From contig CANPFR010000001.1 in assembly GCA_947573445.1 (NCBI GenBank), forward strand, positions 86,984 through 150,983: a DNA stretch of 64,000 nt, written 5' to 3'. Every line of letters starts with the position of its first letter. The first letter of the stretch is position 1. Both the position numbers and the translations under genes were made by a program. Shown piece by piece: positions 9,486 to 20,119 of the stretch. The notes below the pieces were generated by a model. It did not search any database and was not told the origin of the DNA. It saw nothing but the letters and a program-made list of their open reading frames with translations. This stretch comes from an uncultured Clostridia bacterium. GTDB taxonomy: Bacteria > Bacillota > Clostridia > TANB77 > CAG-508.

Positions 9486-10835
9486 CTATTTTTCTAATAT
9501 CTCCTTTACTAGCTTTTTGCTACCTAAGTACATTTCAACTATATTTTCAGCATCTATGAGTTCATCTTCATTCAGTTTGCTCAACTCTGCTTTTATAGCT
9601 ACTTGTAACTGTTTTTGTTTATTTTTATCTCCCGAAAAGGCATATACATTGTATACCTCGATGCATAATTGTTGTAATTTTGCATGTTTTAAAGGATTAA
9701 ACATTTGTACTTCCGCCTGCTCCATAAACCACTTGTGTAGTTTTTGTAAAATTGGCGTTATTTCTACTTTTCTAGCTTTAATTGCAACAACGCGTCTCTT
9801 AATAGCACCTAAAAAATAAGGTTCTTCACTACCTGCAACATACTCCTTCCAACACTCTAAATCAGCCGCCAGATAATCTGCTCCTTTGATTAATTTAAAG
9901 TGTTGCTCATTTTCTGGTTCTTCGAACATCACTTCTTTGACTTTTTGCTCCATAAATTGCGGAAGTTTTGCATAAAAATGCTGGGCCGTCATTTTGGTTT
10001 CGTATTTTTCTGTAACTTCACGAAATCCTGGGATTCGGTCTTTAATACTAGACGGAATATCACCCGTCCAAGTTTCTGGACTATCGTGAATAAGCCCCAT
10101 GAAAAAGTGTTTGGTTGCCAGCTTTTCATCCTGACACTTTTCTAAGCTCATTAAGTAAGCAAAACAAGCTGTATCAAATAAATGGCCTAAAACAGAACAT
10201 GGTACAATATAAGCCAGTTCACACCAACGTGCATGATTACGTAGTGTAGAAATCTCTTTTATAATATTAATCCAATACTGTTCTTCTTCCATTTTTTGAA
10301 CACCTGAAACATGCTTATATTCAGCCAACTCTTCTCGTACTTCAGCATATTTTAATGTGTATGTGTCCATTGAAACCACAGGCTGATGTTCCATCAACTC
10401 AATATACGTAGCAATTTTGCTCGCAGCTTTATACATCTCATACTCCTTGGTTCCCAAACATTCCTGCAAAAATCCTGCAAACTCTTCTGACGTCTTTTCA
10501 GCAATAACTTCTAATGTTATTTCTTCAAAAACATTCTTTTTGAGTCCGCCATCTTCCCGCATTTCTTCTAGATTTTTCTCCCTTGTGTCAAAATTAACAT
10601 AGACTTTTTGAAATGCACGGAAAATTGCAATTTTGGGAAAGCGAGTCCAATTTATGCTTTCGTCTTCTTGTTCTGCATGATTTGCAACTGCGAATGTACA
10701 CAAACAATTCAGGGCTTGTTTGTTTAGCTCATTGTACTTGCTCTGGTCTTGGATATAAGACCAGCGTTTTAGGTTATTGAGCCGTCGTAATGCTTCTGAT
10801 ATTGCTCTAACAGTTTTGTAATTCAAATTTAACAT
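9486..10835 (-). CDS. tandem YfbR-like HD-domain protein (degenerate N-terminal copy, intact C-terminal copy)
   Basis: The C-terminal half has H218...H250-D251...D320 in a YfbR-like context (LRNHARW..., GLIHDSPETWTGDIP, KGADYLAA). The N-terminal half repeats the L-x-R-L-x-x-x-K-R-W start but lacks the His/Asp ligands. Confidence 0.8.
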   Translation of the reverse strand: MLNLNYKTVRAISEALRRLNNLKRWSYIQDQSKYNELNKQALNCLCTFAVANHAEQEDESINWTRFPKIAIFRAFQKVYVNFDTREKNLEEMREDGGLKKNVFEEITLEVIAEKTSEEFAGFLQECLGTKEYEMYKAASKIATYIELMEHQPVVSMDTYTLKYAEVREELAEYKHVSGVQKMEEEQYWINIIKEISTLRNHARWCELAYIVPCSVLGHLFDTACFAYLMSLEKCQDEKLATKHFFMGLIHDSPETWTGDIPSSIKDRIPGFREVTEKYETKMTAQHFYAKLPQFMEQKVKEVMFEEPENEQHFKLIKGADYLAADLECWKEYVAGSEEPYFLGAIKRRVVAIKARKVEITPILQKLHKWFMEQAEVQMFNPLKHAKLQQLCIEVYNVYAFSGDKNKQKQLQVAIKAELSKLNEDELIDAENIVEMYLGSKKLVKEILEK

Positions 10836-10913
10836 AATAAACCTCCTTTTATTATTTCTTCTTGTTTTGATAAAAATGTCTTTTAAGAAGATAACTATAA
10901 TTTCAATATTAGT

Positions 10914-10942
10914 ATTTTATTACGATTTTACATAAAATGCAA
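10914..10942 (-). promoter_or_regulatory. sigmaA-type promoter TTGCAT-17-TAAAAT
   Basis: The spacer contains TTTTATGTAAA. The ~45-nt block is near-identical to positions 100-145. Confidence 0.5.
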
Positions 10943-10963
10943 GTGTTTGCGAAAATTTTTCTA

Positions 10964-10999
10964 AAAAATAGACATTTTTGACTAAAATGTCTATTTTTT
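10964..10999 (-). terminator. rho-independent terminator after htpX
   Basis: Stem aaatagacatttt/aaaatgtctattt with a U-run. Confidence 0.7.
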
Positions 11000-11000
11000 A

Positions 11001-11897
11001 CTATTTTAAATTTTCTAAAGCTTCCACTCTTTCTTCTACTGATGGATGCGTTGAGAATAAATCGCTCCTCTTTTTTACTCGCTTTTTTGGAAATGGATTG
11101 TCGATATACATATAACTGTTGCTGTTGCTAGCAACCTCTAATTCAGAGTCATCACTTGAAATTTTCTTAAGTGCAGAAATGAGTCCATCTGGGTTTCGTG
11201 TGAATTGTATGGCTGTGCTGTCAGCTAAGTATTCTCTTCTGCGGGAAACAGCGAGTTGTATTAAATTAGAAATGATGGGTGATAAAATAAGGAATATTAG
11301 CCCAATTATCAATAATAGACCATTTGCTTTGTTATCATCATCTTTGTTTCTGTTAGATGAACGGAACATCGTTCTTGTAAAAATATCTGACAGCATAATC
11401 ACAAAACCTACCATAACACTTATCACAGCAGAAAGCAAGATATCATAATTTTTTATGTGTGATAATTCATGAGCAATAACGCCTTCTAATTCATAATAAT
11501 CTAATTTTTCCAAAAGTCCTGTTGTGACACAAATAATAGCATTTTGAGGATTTCTACCAGTCGCAAATGCATTGGGTTGTCTGGATTCCATAACATATAA
11601 ACGTGGCTTATATTCTAATCCTGATGCTACCATTAAGGCATCCAAAATATTAGTCAATTGTAAATCTTCTTCGTGTGTTGCTTCTCTTGCATGTACACTT
11701 GCTAATACGATTTTATCACAATTGTAATAAGTGGCAATAGTTGAAATAATGGAAAACGCTAATGCAATTGTGATGGCAACATAACTACTTATGTCAAACA
11801 TATAACATATATAATATAAAATCAGGGTTATCATTAGTAAAAATGTGAAAACAATGATTCCTGTTTTCCTTTTGTTTCTTTTGATATCTTCGTACAT
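11001..11897 (-). CDS. htpX: zinc metalloprotease HtpX
   Basis: HELSHIKN (HExxH) motif, four transmembrane segments, typical HtpX length. Confidence 0.92.
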   Translation of the reverse strand: MYEDIKRNKRKTGIIVFTFLLMITLILYYICYMFDISSYVAITIALAFSIISTIATYYNCDKIVLASVHAREATHEEDLQLTNILDALMVASGLEYKPRLYVMESRQPNAFATGRNPQNAIICVTTGLLEKLDYYELEGVIAHELSHIKNYDILLSAVISVMVGFVIMLSDIFTRTMFRSSNRNKDDDNKANGLLLIIGLIFLILSPIISNLIQLAVSRRREYLADSTAIQFTRNPDGLISALKKISSDDSELEVASNSNSYMYIDNPFPKKRVKKRSDLFSTHPSVEERVEALENLK

Positions 11898-11952
11898 TTA
11901 ATTCTCCTTCCTAAAATATAAGGGCGCATTTCTGTTGCACCCCCCTTTATTT

Positions 11953-12507
11953 TTAATTATTAAAATCAACTCTAACATTTTTTCTAGCTTCTTCAGAATC
12001 TGTTTTAAACAATTCTTCTGGTTTGAAATTAAACATTCCAGCAATTATGTTTGTTGGAATTACTTCTAATTTTGTATTATACATGGTAACACTATCATTA
12101 TAAAATTGTCTTGAATAAGAAATTTTATTTTCTGTGTTTCTTAATTCTTCTTGTAATTCACTGAAATTTTGATTTGCTTTTAAATCAGGATAATTTTCTG
12201 AAACTGCCATAATTGTTTTTAGGGCACCAGATAATTGATTATCTAATTCTGCCTTTTCTGCAACGGTTGTTGCACCAGCCCAAGAAGTTCTAAGTTCTGT
12301 CACTTTTGTTAAAACACCTTCTTCATGTTTCATGTAACCTTTTACAGAATCTACTAAATTAGGAATTAAATCGAATCTTCTTTGTAATTGAACATCAATT
12401 TGACTCCAAGCATTCTTGACTTTATTTCTTGATGTTACTAATCCATTATACATTCCTGCAATGAGAATTAATAAAACAACAATGACTATAATTATCACTA
12501 ATCCCAT
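11953..12507 (-). CDS. lemA: LemA family membrane protein
   Basis: N-terminal transmembrane segment plus the LemA pattern (NxWSQIDVQLQRRxDLIPNLV). ATG at 12507 follows AAGGAGG. Confidence 0.9.
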   Translation of the reverse strand: MGLVIIIVIVVLLILIAGMYNGLVTSRNKVKNAWSQIDVQLQRRFDLIPNLVDSVKGYMKHEEGVLTKVTELRTSWAGATTVAEKAELDNQLSGALKTIMAVSENYPDLKANQNFSELQEELRNTENKISYSRQFYNDSVTMYNTKLEVIPTNIIAGMFNFKPEELFKTDSEEARKNVRVDFNN

Positions 12508-12575
12508 ATTTTCAACCTCCTTATTGAACAATTAATTTGATTATATCATATAAAAAAATATATACAAGCGTTTTT

Positions 12576-13340
12576 TCAAATTTTATAAATTTGTTTTGCA
12601 TTTTGGTAGGTAAGTTGCGAAATTTCTGCTAAGCTTACCCCTTTTATCTCAGCAATTTTGTTTGCCACCAGTTTTACATTTCTAGAATCATTTCTACAAC
12701 TCCTGAAAGGTTCGGGGGTTAGATAAGGACTGTCCGTTTCTATTAGGATTTTATCAATAGGAACTTCTTCTATAGCCTCCTTCGGTTTGGCATTTTTAAA
12801 TGTTATGTTTCCACTAAAAGATATGTAAAATCCAAGTTTAACTGCTTCTTTTATCAGCTCCTTATTTAACATACAACAATGAAAAATACCTCTCTGTTTA
12901 GGGTTGATTTGATTTTTTAAAATGTCCAAAGTATCCATTACAGCATCTCTACAATGAATAACAATTGGCAAATTAAGTGTATCTGCAAGTTCGATTTGTC
13001 TAATAAAAAATGCTTTTTGTTGCTCTTGATTTTCTTTATTCCAATAATAATCTAGGCCGATTTCTCCAATGGCAACTACTTTATTGTTTTGAGCAAGTTC
13101 TGCAATTTTATTAACATCTTCTATTTTAACTCCTGTTATGTCATTTGGCGAAATCCCCACTGTAGCATAAATAAAATCATATTGTTTGCTTAATCTTACG
13201 GCAAATTCGCTGGATTTTATATTATATCCAGCACAAGTAATTTTGGTTACATTTTCAGCAAATATTTTAGTTATCGTTTCTTCTCGATCTTGGTTAAATT
13301 GATCATCGTTATAATGAGCATGTGAATCGAAAAATTCCAT
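12576..13340 (-). CDS. TatD-family metal-dependent hydrolase
   Basis: DSHAH start motif, EIGLDY, HCR and ETDSPYL motifs. Confidence 0.9.
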   Translation of the reverse strand: MEFFDSHAHYNDDQFNQDREETITKIFAENVTKITCAGYNIKSSEFAVRLSKQYDFIYATVGISPNDITGVKIEDVNKIAELAQNNKVVAIGEIGLDYYWNKENQEQQKAFFIRQIELADTLNLPIVIHCRDAVMDTLDILKNQINPKQRGIFHCCMLNKELIKEAVKLGFYISFSGNITFKNAKPKEAIEEVPIDKILIETDSPYLTPEPFRSCRNDSRNVKLVANKIAEIKGVSLAEISQLTYQNAKQIYKI

Positions 13341-13404
13341 TTTTACCTCCTTGAATCGCTTTTTCTAAGAGCAAAAAAGCTCTATTTTTCACTATGTTTG
13401 TAGT

Positions 13405-13773
13405 TTATTGGCTAAATATTGCAATAACGTTAGCTGTAGCATATTGTTTGCAATGGGATATGCTAATATCAATGCTTTCTAAATTAGCGATTTCACGATT
13501 TACTTTTATTTCTGGCTTTCCATTTTGTAACTTTGCTACTTCAAACATTTTCCAATCCATTTTATGTTGTACAAGCTTGCTCAATGCTTTAAAAGCTGCT
13601 TCTTTAGCTGCAAATCTTGCTGCATAATGTTGATATTTTTGGTTTTTTTTGGTCTCACAATATTCGATTTCTTTTTGAGTAAAAACCGTTTGTAAAAATT
13701 TATCACCTGCATTTTGAATGGCTCTTTGTATTCTATCAATTTCTATGATATCAGTTCCACATGTTATCTTCAT
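13405..13773 (-). CDS. acpS: holo-[acyl-carrier-protein] synthase
   Basis: 122 aa with GTDIIEIxRI, FAAKEAxxKA and SISH motifs. Confidence 0.9.
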   Translation of the reverse strand: MKITCGTDIIEIDRIQRAIQNAGDKFLQTVFTQKEIEYCETKKNQKYQHYAARFAAKEAAFKALSKLVQHKMDWKMFEVAKLQNGKPEIKVNREIANLESIDISISHCKQYATANVIAIFSQ

Positions 13774-13825
13774 TTTTTTCTCCCTTCATGAAATAAGGAC
13801 ACGAACGCTGTCCGTGCCTCATTTT

Positions 13826-15340
13826 TTACTTGGTATATACATTCAAATTTAAATCTTTGTTTAAATACCACGTGTTGATAAAATCAACATATAAAAATTG
13901 GTCTAAATTGATGCTTGGCTGAACAACTACCGTCCCATCTGATTTTAAACAACCCCAAAGTCCATCTTTTTTTACTGCACAATAGCCAAATTTGTTTTGT
14001 TCTTTAGCGTCATCATATATGCAATCTACAATTCTTTCTTTCTTTTTATTTTCATAGCCATACTTTCCATTTTCTTTAACTAAAAATAATGTATTGGTTG
14101 TTAATGCTTCTTGACTTGTCTGTTTTTGAAACTTAAAATTATAATAATTATATTCTTCGCCTTCTCTTACTCGAATATAGCCATCTTCCAAATTTAGCTC
14201 TGATATGATAACATTCTCTAATGCTATTTTGAATTCTCTATCAATTAAATCGGTTCTGTAATTTTCTTTATCAGCTTGAATAAAATCTGCTGTTTTGATG
14301 TATTCCATGGTGGTATAGGCAAAGTCAACAACCGTTTCACCTGATGTTGAAATAACCCCATATGTTCCTGCTTTCTTCGCGATATAATAGGTACTGTATA
14401 TATATTTTAGTTCTTCGTATTCACTAGCAATTACTGAGTTACCGTCCAGTTTGATGACACCATATAAATTATTTTGTTGTATCGTGATATCCTCTCCATT
14501 GATTGCTTCAATTTTATCAAATCCTGTTGTTAAAACGTCTTGACCATTGGCATCAATTAATTTTGTTTTTCCATTTTGGGTGACTACATAATGCCCATCT
14601 GATGTCACATTTTCAATTTTATCGTAAACTGGCTCGAATATAATTTTGGCATCTGCACTAATGATACCATATTTCCCCTCTTTTCCTATAATATAGCCAT
14701 TTTCATAGGTTTGTGTTAAGGTAGAAATATCTGTATATTCTGGCTTGATAATAACTTCCCCCATACTTGTATTAACCAAACCTTTTTGATTCTCTTTTTC
14801 TACAATAATATTTTTTTGATTTCCCTCTAGTGCATAAATCTTGTCATATTCTGCATTAGAAATCAATTTTCCATCAAAATCAATTAAACCATATTTTCCA
14901 TCTTGTTCAAATTTCAAAATATTATTTTCATACCAAATATCTGTGCCATCTGAATTCTCGATTGCTTGTACATTGTGATAATTAGTCAAAAGTTCTTTGC
15001 CATTTTTGTCTAGCACTTTTGTGTTATAGGTCTCATTTTCATAGTTGATATCGGATGTGCAGATAAATAAATCTCTATTTTTGTCTGGCACAATGACCAT
15101 TTCATCATAGGTTGTATCTATAATCAATTGGCCAGTGTTGTCAATAACTCCCCATTTTTCATTTGCATAAACAGGAAAATAGGTTTCCATTGTGCTCACT
15201 TCTTTGGTAACTGGCGAACTGGATAATAAATTTTTAATAGAAAAAACAAACATAAGCACAACAATTACTGCCACAATAGTTGCAACAACTTTTTTTATAT
15301 TTAGCTTGGGTTCATCATCAAATCGCCTTCCTCTACTCAT
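13826..15340 (-). CDS. membrane-anchored WG-repeat (KWG) protein
   Basis: N-terminal transmembrane segment followed by many repeats of the G(K)(Y/W)G(V/L)ID.xG type. Confidence 0.8.
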   Translation of the reverse strand: MSRGRRFDDEPKLNIKKVVATIVAVIVVLMFVFSIKNLLSSSPVTKEVSTMETYFPVYANEKWGVIDNTGQLIIDTTYDEMVIVPDKNRDLFICTSDINYENETYNTKVLDKNGKELLTNYHNVQAIENSDGTDIWYENNILKFEQDGKYGLIDFDGKLISNAEYDKIYALEGNQKNIIVEKENQKGLVNTSMGEVIIKPEYTDISTLTQTYENGYIIGKEGKYGIISADAKIIFEPVYDKIENVTSDGHYVVTQNGKTKLIDANGQDVLTTGFDKIEAINGEDITIQQNNLYGVIKLDGNSVIASEYEELKYIYSTYYIAKKAGTYGVISTSGETVVDFAYTTMEYIKTADFIQADKENYRTDLIDREFKIALENVIISELNLEDGYIRVREGEEYNYYNFKFQKQTSQEALTTNTLFLVKENGKYGYENKKKERIVDCIYDDAKEQNKFGYCAVKKDGLWGCLKSDGTVVVQPSINLDQFLYVDFINTWYLNKDLNLNVYTK

Positions 15341-15356
15341 GGTTACCTCCTAATTT

Positions 15357-17744
15357 TTATTTCTTTCTTACCACTTTTGCTATTATCACGGTTATATCGT
15401 CCCTTGCAATTCCAAAACTTTTGTCAACAGCTTCTGCTACAATTAAATCAGCTACTTTTTGAACATTGGTTGTATTAATATTTTTCAAATATTCTTGAAT
15501 CCAGTCTTTTCTGATATCTTCTTGGGTTTCTAGTAATCCATCACTACACATAACAATGATATCACCATCATCAACACGAATGGTTTGGACATCTAAGTCT
15601 GTTTTTTCAACAATTCCAACTGGCATTGTTTGCGATTGGATCGTTTTTACATTACGTCTATTTTTGATATACGTATTACAAGCCCCACTTTTAGCAACTT
15701 TTACATTTCCTGTGAACAAATCTAATATGGCAAAATCCAATGTTGCATACATTTCCTGACTGGTATTAAGATTCACTTTATCATTGATGAATGTAATTAG
15801 TTCTTCTTTGTCAAATCCATTTGTTAACATTTCCTCTAGCATATTAATCGTAAGTTTACTGCTCTCACGTGCAATTTTTCCACTCCCCATACCATCACTG
15901 ATCGCTAATAAATATTTTCCATCCTTTAATTTCATTTGTAAATTGCAATCTCCAGAAACAGTACTTCCTTCTTTCGTCACTTTGCTACTTCCAATTTGTA
16001 ATACAAATTTATCCTCACTCATATACGTTTGTATGTATTTAGGCTGTTTTGTGTCTTTCATGAATACCATTTTAGAAGTAATACTTTTGCTTACTATATT
16101 AGAAATGTTGGCAATATATTGCTTTTCTTTTACTTTATCATTGGCAAATGTAATATCTACCATATATTTATTATTTGAAGACTGTGTTATTTTACATGCA
16201 ATTGCACTTGGATACTTATTTTGTAGCAAAACAAGTAATTCCTTTTCTTTGGCAATAAATTTCCCTTTGGATGCATTTTCATCTGTTTTTACACTATTTT
16301 TAATAGCACTTGAAATGTTCTCTAATCCTTTTTTCATCGTTTTTAGATTTTTGTTTTTTTCTTGTATTTTTGTGACTTCAATTTGTAACATTTTATAAGA
16401 ACGATTGATAATTTTAATCATTTCCTGCAAATCATTTTTGATATTCATATCTTGCATGATGATATAATTATTGTGATTTTTCAATATTTCAATTAAATCA
16501 TTTTCTAATAAAATATCATTTGTTTGTAAAGTTTTATAAATGTCATCTGCAATTTTATTTTCTTCTTGGACAATATCTTCATAAAACATATTACTAGCTA
16601 TTTCTTCTAAATTACCAAATAAAATGTCTTTGAAATCTTCTGCCAAATCAGTAATTTCTTGTGGTTTTTCCTCTACCATTCCAGAGATTGTGTCTGAAAT
16701 AACATTCAATTTTTGAATCATTTCTTCATTTTGTGCTAACCTATTTTCACCTAAATCACTTAATAATTTGTTTTTTCCAACTAAATCTTCTATTTTTATT
16801 TTTATTTTACTTGGTACAAAAAGTAACGCAATTGCTGCAATAAATATTTCTCTAAAATATACAATTTGTATCGTATTCCCATTCGTCAAATAAATAAGCA
16901 AGCTATTTCCTAAAATAAAGCCTACAATCACTCCAATTTTACCAAAACGATTCAAACATCCTGCTAAAATGCCTGAAACAGCAAAAACTGCTATTTGCAA
17001 ACCATTTTGAAGTTCAATCATAGAAACAACAAGTCCCATGCTTAAACCAGCTGTACATCCTACCAACATGCCATTTTTAAGCCCCAATAGCATAACGCAA
17101 AAGACAATTACAACATTACTCAAATGAAAATTAAATACTGTAATACGATTTAAAATAATGCTTGCTATCGCAATCATTATACTGCTTCCAATGACTTCTT
17201 CCAGTGTAAATGCTCGTTTAATTCGCCAATCTTTTATGATAACTAGTCCATTGACAAATATTTTATAAAATACATATGTTAATGTTGCACTTACAATCGC
17301 CATAAAAATATCATATGTAAGAACAATTCCTTTTACATTTTGGAAAAATGTTACTATAAAACAAGCAATAAATAATCGTTTACCTGTTTTCAATAATTCA
17401 TTTCTTTCTTCAATGGCAATTTTAGGTTTGAAAATAAGCACAAGAGCAAAGTAAATGATGGAACTAAGCATAAAATTTAAAAATGCATTGAGACCATTTC
17501 CAACTAGAGTTCCCGCTCCTGCCATAATTACAACCCCAAAAATAGGAATTCCACTACTTAAAGTCGCTGCTACCATAGCTAGTCCAAATGGCGTAATCTC
17601 ATCTTCAATGGACAGCATTGACATACAAAAAGTCAACACCAATAAAATAAGATTTTGCACTCTTAATAATTCTTTTAATATTAATTTCATCTTACTAACA
17701 TCATTTCTTTGCTCTTTAGCACTTTCTGTTATATTTTGAAACAT
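15357..17744 (-). CDS. spoIIE: stage II sporulation protein E (PP2C phosphatase with polytopic N-terminus)
   Basis: About 10 transmembrane segments, then a C-terminal PP2C domain (AISDGMGSG, MCSDGL). 795 aa. Confidence 0.9.
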   Translation of the reverse strand: MFQNITESAKEQRNDVSKMKLILKELLRVQNLILLVLTFCMSMLSIEDEITPFGLAMVAATLSSGIPIFGVVIMAGAGTLVGNGLNAFLNFMLSSIIYFALVLIFKPKIAIEERNELLKTGKRLFIACFIVTFFQNVKGIVLTYDIFMAIVSATLTYVFYKIFVNGLVIIKDWRIKRAFTLEEVIGSSIMIAIASIILNRITVFNFHLSNVVIVFCVMLLGLKNGMLVGCTAGLSMGLVVSMIELQNGLQIAVFAVSGILAGCLNRFGKIGVIVGFILGNSLLIYLTNGNTIQIVYFREIFIAAIALLFVPSKIKIKIEDLVGKNKLLSDLGENRLAQNEEMIQKLNVISDTISGMVEEKPQEITDLAEDFKDILFGNLEEIASNMFYEDIVQEENKIADDIYKTLQTNDILLENDLIEILKNHNNYIIMQDMNIKNDLQEMIKIINRSYKMLQIEVTKIQEKNKNLKTMKKGLENISSAIKNSVKTDENASKGKFIAKEKELLVLLQNKYPSAIACKITQSSNNKYMVDITFANDKVKEKQYIANISNIVSKSITSKMVFMKDTKQPKYIQTYMSEDKFVLQIGSSKVTKEGSTVSGDCNLQMKLKDGKYLLAISDGMGSGKIARESSKLTINMLEEMLTNGFDKEELITFINDKVNLNTSQEMYATLDFAILDLFTGNVKVAKSGACNTYIKNRRNVKTIQSQTMPVGIVEKTDLDVQTIRVDDGDIIVMCSDGLLETQEDIRKDWIQEYLKNINTTNVQKVADLIVAEAVDKSFGIARDDITVIIAKVVRKK

Positions 17745-17970
17745 CCTTAACCACCTCTACTTTTCAAATATTTATCTTTTGTAAGTATTTAATCACTAAA
17801 TGGATTATTTTTTTGTCGTTTTCTCTACCTAAATATTGAAAAGTTATTTACATTTTGTGATAATTTTTTTATATTTTATTACATTTATGCGAAAAAGACA
17901 AGAGTTAATTGAAAAAATGACAAAAAAAGTTGTCGAATTTAAAAAAATATGAATCCTTTTACCTTGTAAC

Positions 17971-17999
17971 TTGACATAACATTTATAATGTGATATAAT
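17971..17999 (+). promoter_or_regulatory. consensus promoter TTGACA-17-TATAAT with TG extension
   Basis: Perfect hexamers upstream of 18047. Confidence 0.55.
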
Positions 18000-18046
18000 T
18001 TAAATATATCATTATTTTGATTATTTAGCAGAAAGGGGGCATATAC

Positions 18047-18358
18047 GTGCTACTTGAACAGAAACTTCTTAATGAAGATCTTCACATCTCTGGATGTGCT
18101 CTTCGGGAAAAAGGCTTTGAAATATTTCAGAGCCATAAAGAGGCTAAAGAATTCCTGATACATTTTTTAATTTTAGAATGCATTTCAGGTACTAATTTTT
18201 CTCGGAAAGAACTTTTCGCTATTAGTTATAGAATTAAAAGATTAGTAGCGAAAAAAAACCTTATCTCTTCTGAAGAACTTCCCTACAATGGAAAACAGCC
18301 AACTTCAGAGGTGAAATTTATTCTGAAAGATTGCACTTGTCTAATAAAACAGCTCTAG
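18047..18358 (+). CDS. hypothetical small protein (103 aa, GTG start)
   Basis: GGGGG RBS, own consensus promoter and terminator, and opposite orientation to its neighbours. No motif recognised. Confidence 0.6.
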   Translation: MLLEQKLLNEDLHISGCALREKGFEIFQSHKEAKEFLIHFLILECISGTNFSRKELFAISYRIKRLVAKKNLISSEELPYNGKQPTSEVKFILKDCTCLIKQL

Positions 18359-18385
18359 TAACATTTGTTACTAGAGCTGTTTTTC
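18349..18385. terminator. bidirectional terminator
   Basis: 13-bp perfect stem acagctctagtaa/ttactagagctgt overlapping the stop codon, with a T-run downstream. Confidence 0.75.
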
Positions 18386-18386
18386 T

Positions 18387-19397
18387 TTAAGCTTCTCTTT
18401 GTTCTTCATTTCTCCTCTTAATACTCTCTTGTTTCTTGTTCTTTTGCCTTTTGTATTCTTCTAATTCTTTAATAAAAAGAGGAGATGGTCTACCACCATG
18501 TTTCTGTCTATAAATCCTTTCTTCGTTTTCTCGCTCTTCATTATATTTATTGATTTTTGCTAAATAACTATTTACTAAATTCTTGACTCTCGCGGTATTC
18601 TCTTGGCTTGGTACATAATTATCAATGCTTTTTGTATAACTTTCAATGACATAGAAATCTGGTTTCTTTGGATTCACCAATAAACATTCATCTGTAATTT
18701 CTGTTTTTTCCTCTCTCTTTCTGATTAGTTTTTTATCAAAATTTGTAAAAGTTTGACTTGCATCTCCTATACCAATTTCTAATACTGCTGCAATTAAATA
18801 AGTGCAATTATTTTCATCATCTTTATTTATACAATCAAACGCTGTTTTTGCTACTGTATTATCAAAACGAGCTTTCCTTTTTTCTCCTTTTTGTAACATT
18901 TCTTCTACCAACCCATATTTCATCTTAACAGCTTCCCTCTCTTCTCCTTTTTCAATTTCTGCTATTGCATTATACAGTCCATATCCTTCTATAACAGCGA
19001 TGAATTCTAAGTCCTTTGTAGAAATTTGTTTATTTTTATCTAATTGATTCATAATATCTGCTAATAAGTTTCTAGTATCTTTAGATGTTACATCTGCTAA
19101 TTGTATCTCTGGATTTTCTTCTATTGTTACATCAAACATTTTCTTATATATTCTATAATCGTCAATATCTTCTTTTGGATCTAGACCCTCTATTTTAAAA
19201 AAATTTCCCAAACTGATTGTAGGATCGTTGATTTTTAATAAATTTGTAATGTTTTTTGAGCGCTGTTGTCTATCATATACATTTAGCATCTTTTTTAATC
19301 TTTGATATCGATGATAAATATCTATGTTTTTATCAATTTCTACTTTACTGGCTTTCATATTTAATATCTTATTTATTGGGTTAGGCATTGTCTTCAT
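18387..19397 (-). CDS. hypothetical K/E-rich protein (336 aa)
   Basis: Long ORF with a highly basic C-terminal tail. No motif recognised. Confidence 0.75.
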   Translation of the reverse strand: MKTMPNPINKILNMKASKVEIDKNIDIYHRYQRLKKMLNVYDRQQRSKNITNLLKINDPTISLGNFFKIEGLDPKEDIDDYRIYKKMFDVTIEENPEIQLADVTSKDTRNLLADIMNQLDKNKQISTKDLEFIAVIEGYGLYNAIAEIEKGEEREAVKMKYGLVEEMLQKGEKRKARFDNTVAKTAFDCINKDDENNCTYLIAAVLEIGIGDASQTFTNFDKKLIRKREEKTEITDECLLVNPKKPDFYVIESYTKSIDNYVPSQENTARVKNLVNSYLAKINKYNEERENEERIYRQKHGGRPSPLFIKELEEYKRQKNKKQESIKRRNEEQREA

Positions 19398-19551
19398 CTG
19401 TATTTTTTCCTTTACACTTTTGTATTGTTCTATTTTATTATAACATAAATCCTCTAAAAAAGCAAATATTTATTCCAAATAAAATTTCTATCAATTCTAT
19501 CTAAATTTTATAAATAAACTCTAACTTGATAATAAATTCCCCTAAATAATT

Positions 19552-19587
19552 AAAAAAAGCCACTATTTTGAATAGTGACTAAAAAAT
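19552..19587 (-). terminator. terminator after spoVG
   Basis: 10-bp stem with flanking A and T runs. Confidence 0.6.
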
Positions 19588-19602
19588 TAATATACTTATA
19601 TA

Positions 19603-19881
19603 TTATTCTGCTGATTCTGCAATTTCAGCATCTGGAGCATCATAAGCCTCTAAAATTGCTTTTTGAACTTTCTCTCTTGTTTCAGCATTAATTGGATGAG
19701 CTATATCTTTAAACTCTCCGTTTGGAGTTTTTCTGCTAGGCATAGCTATAAATAATCCATTTGCACTTTCGATAACTTTGATATCGTGAATTACGAATTC
19801 ATTATCGAATGTTACAGAAGCAACAGCTTTCATTCTGTTCTCTGAATTTACTTTTCTTAAACGTACATCTGTTATTTGCAT
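19603..19881 (-). CDS. spoVG: septation/sporulation regulator SpoVG
   Basis: [11 protein letters not shown]... and [21 protein letters not shown] are the canonical SpoVG sequence. Confidence 0.95.
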   Translation of the reverse strand: MQITDVRLRKVNSENRMKAVASVTFDNEFVIHDIKVIESANGLFIAMPSRKTPNGEFKDIAHPINAETREKVQKAILEAYDAPDAEIAESAE

Positions 19882-20029
19882 TTTGGCACCTCTTTCTATT
19901 GTTTATATTAATACATAAGTTATTTTTTGTATGTATTAATTATATTATTCGCCAAAATATAAAAAATTCCTTCTAATTTTTACAATATTTTTTTATTTTT
20001 TCAAAATCTGAATTTTTTTAGTAAAATCA

Positions 20030-20058
20030 TTGACATTTTATGTAAAATATTATATATC
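20030..20058 (+). promoter_or_regulatory. candidate promoter TTGACA + TTTTATGTAAA spacer
   Basis: Same -35/spacer motif as the promoters at 126, 10942 and 31996. The -10 is less clear (TATATC). Confidence 0.4.
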
Positions 20059-20119
20059 ATCATAGTAATTTGTTGTCAATGCAACTAAGTAAATTTTTAT
20101 TATCATAAGGAAGAAAATT

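Noticed and set aside
19906-19940. Inverted repeat ttaatacat...atgtattaa in the spoVG 5' leader.
   Set aside because: It is a short AT-only stem with no U-tract and no conserved riboswitch features. It is most likely a fortuitous or minor stabilising hairpin and cannot be evaluated further from sequence.
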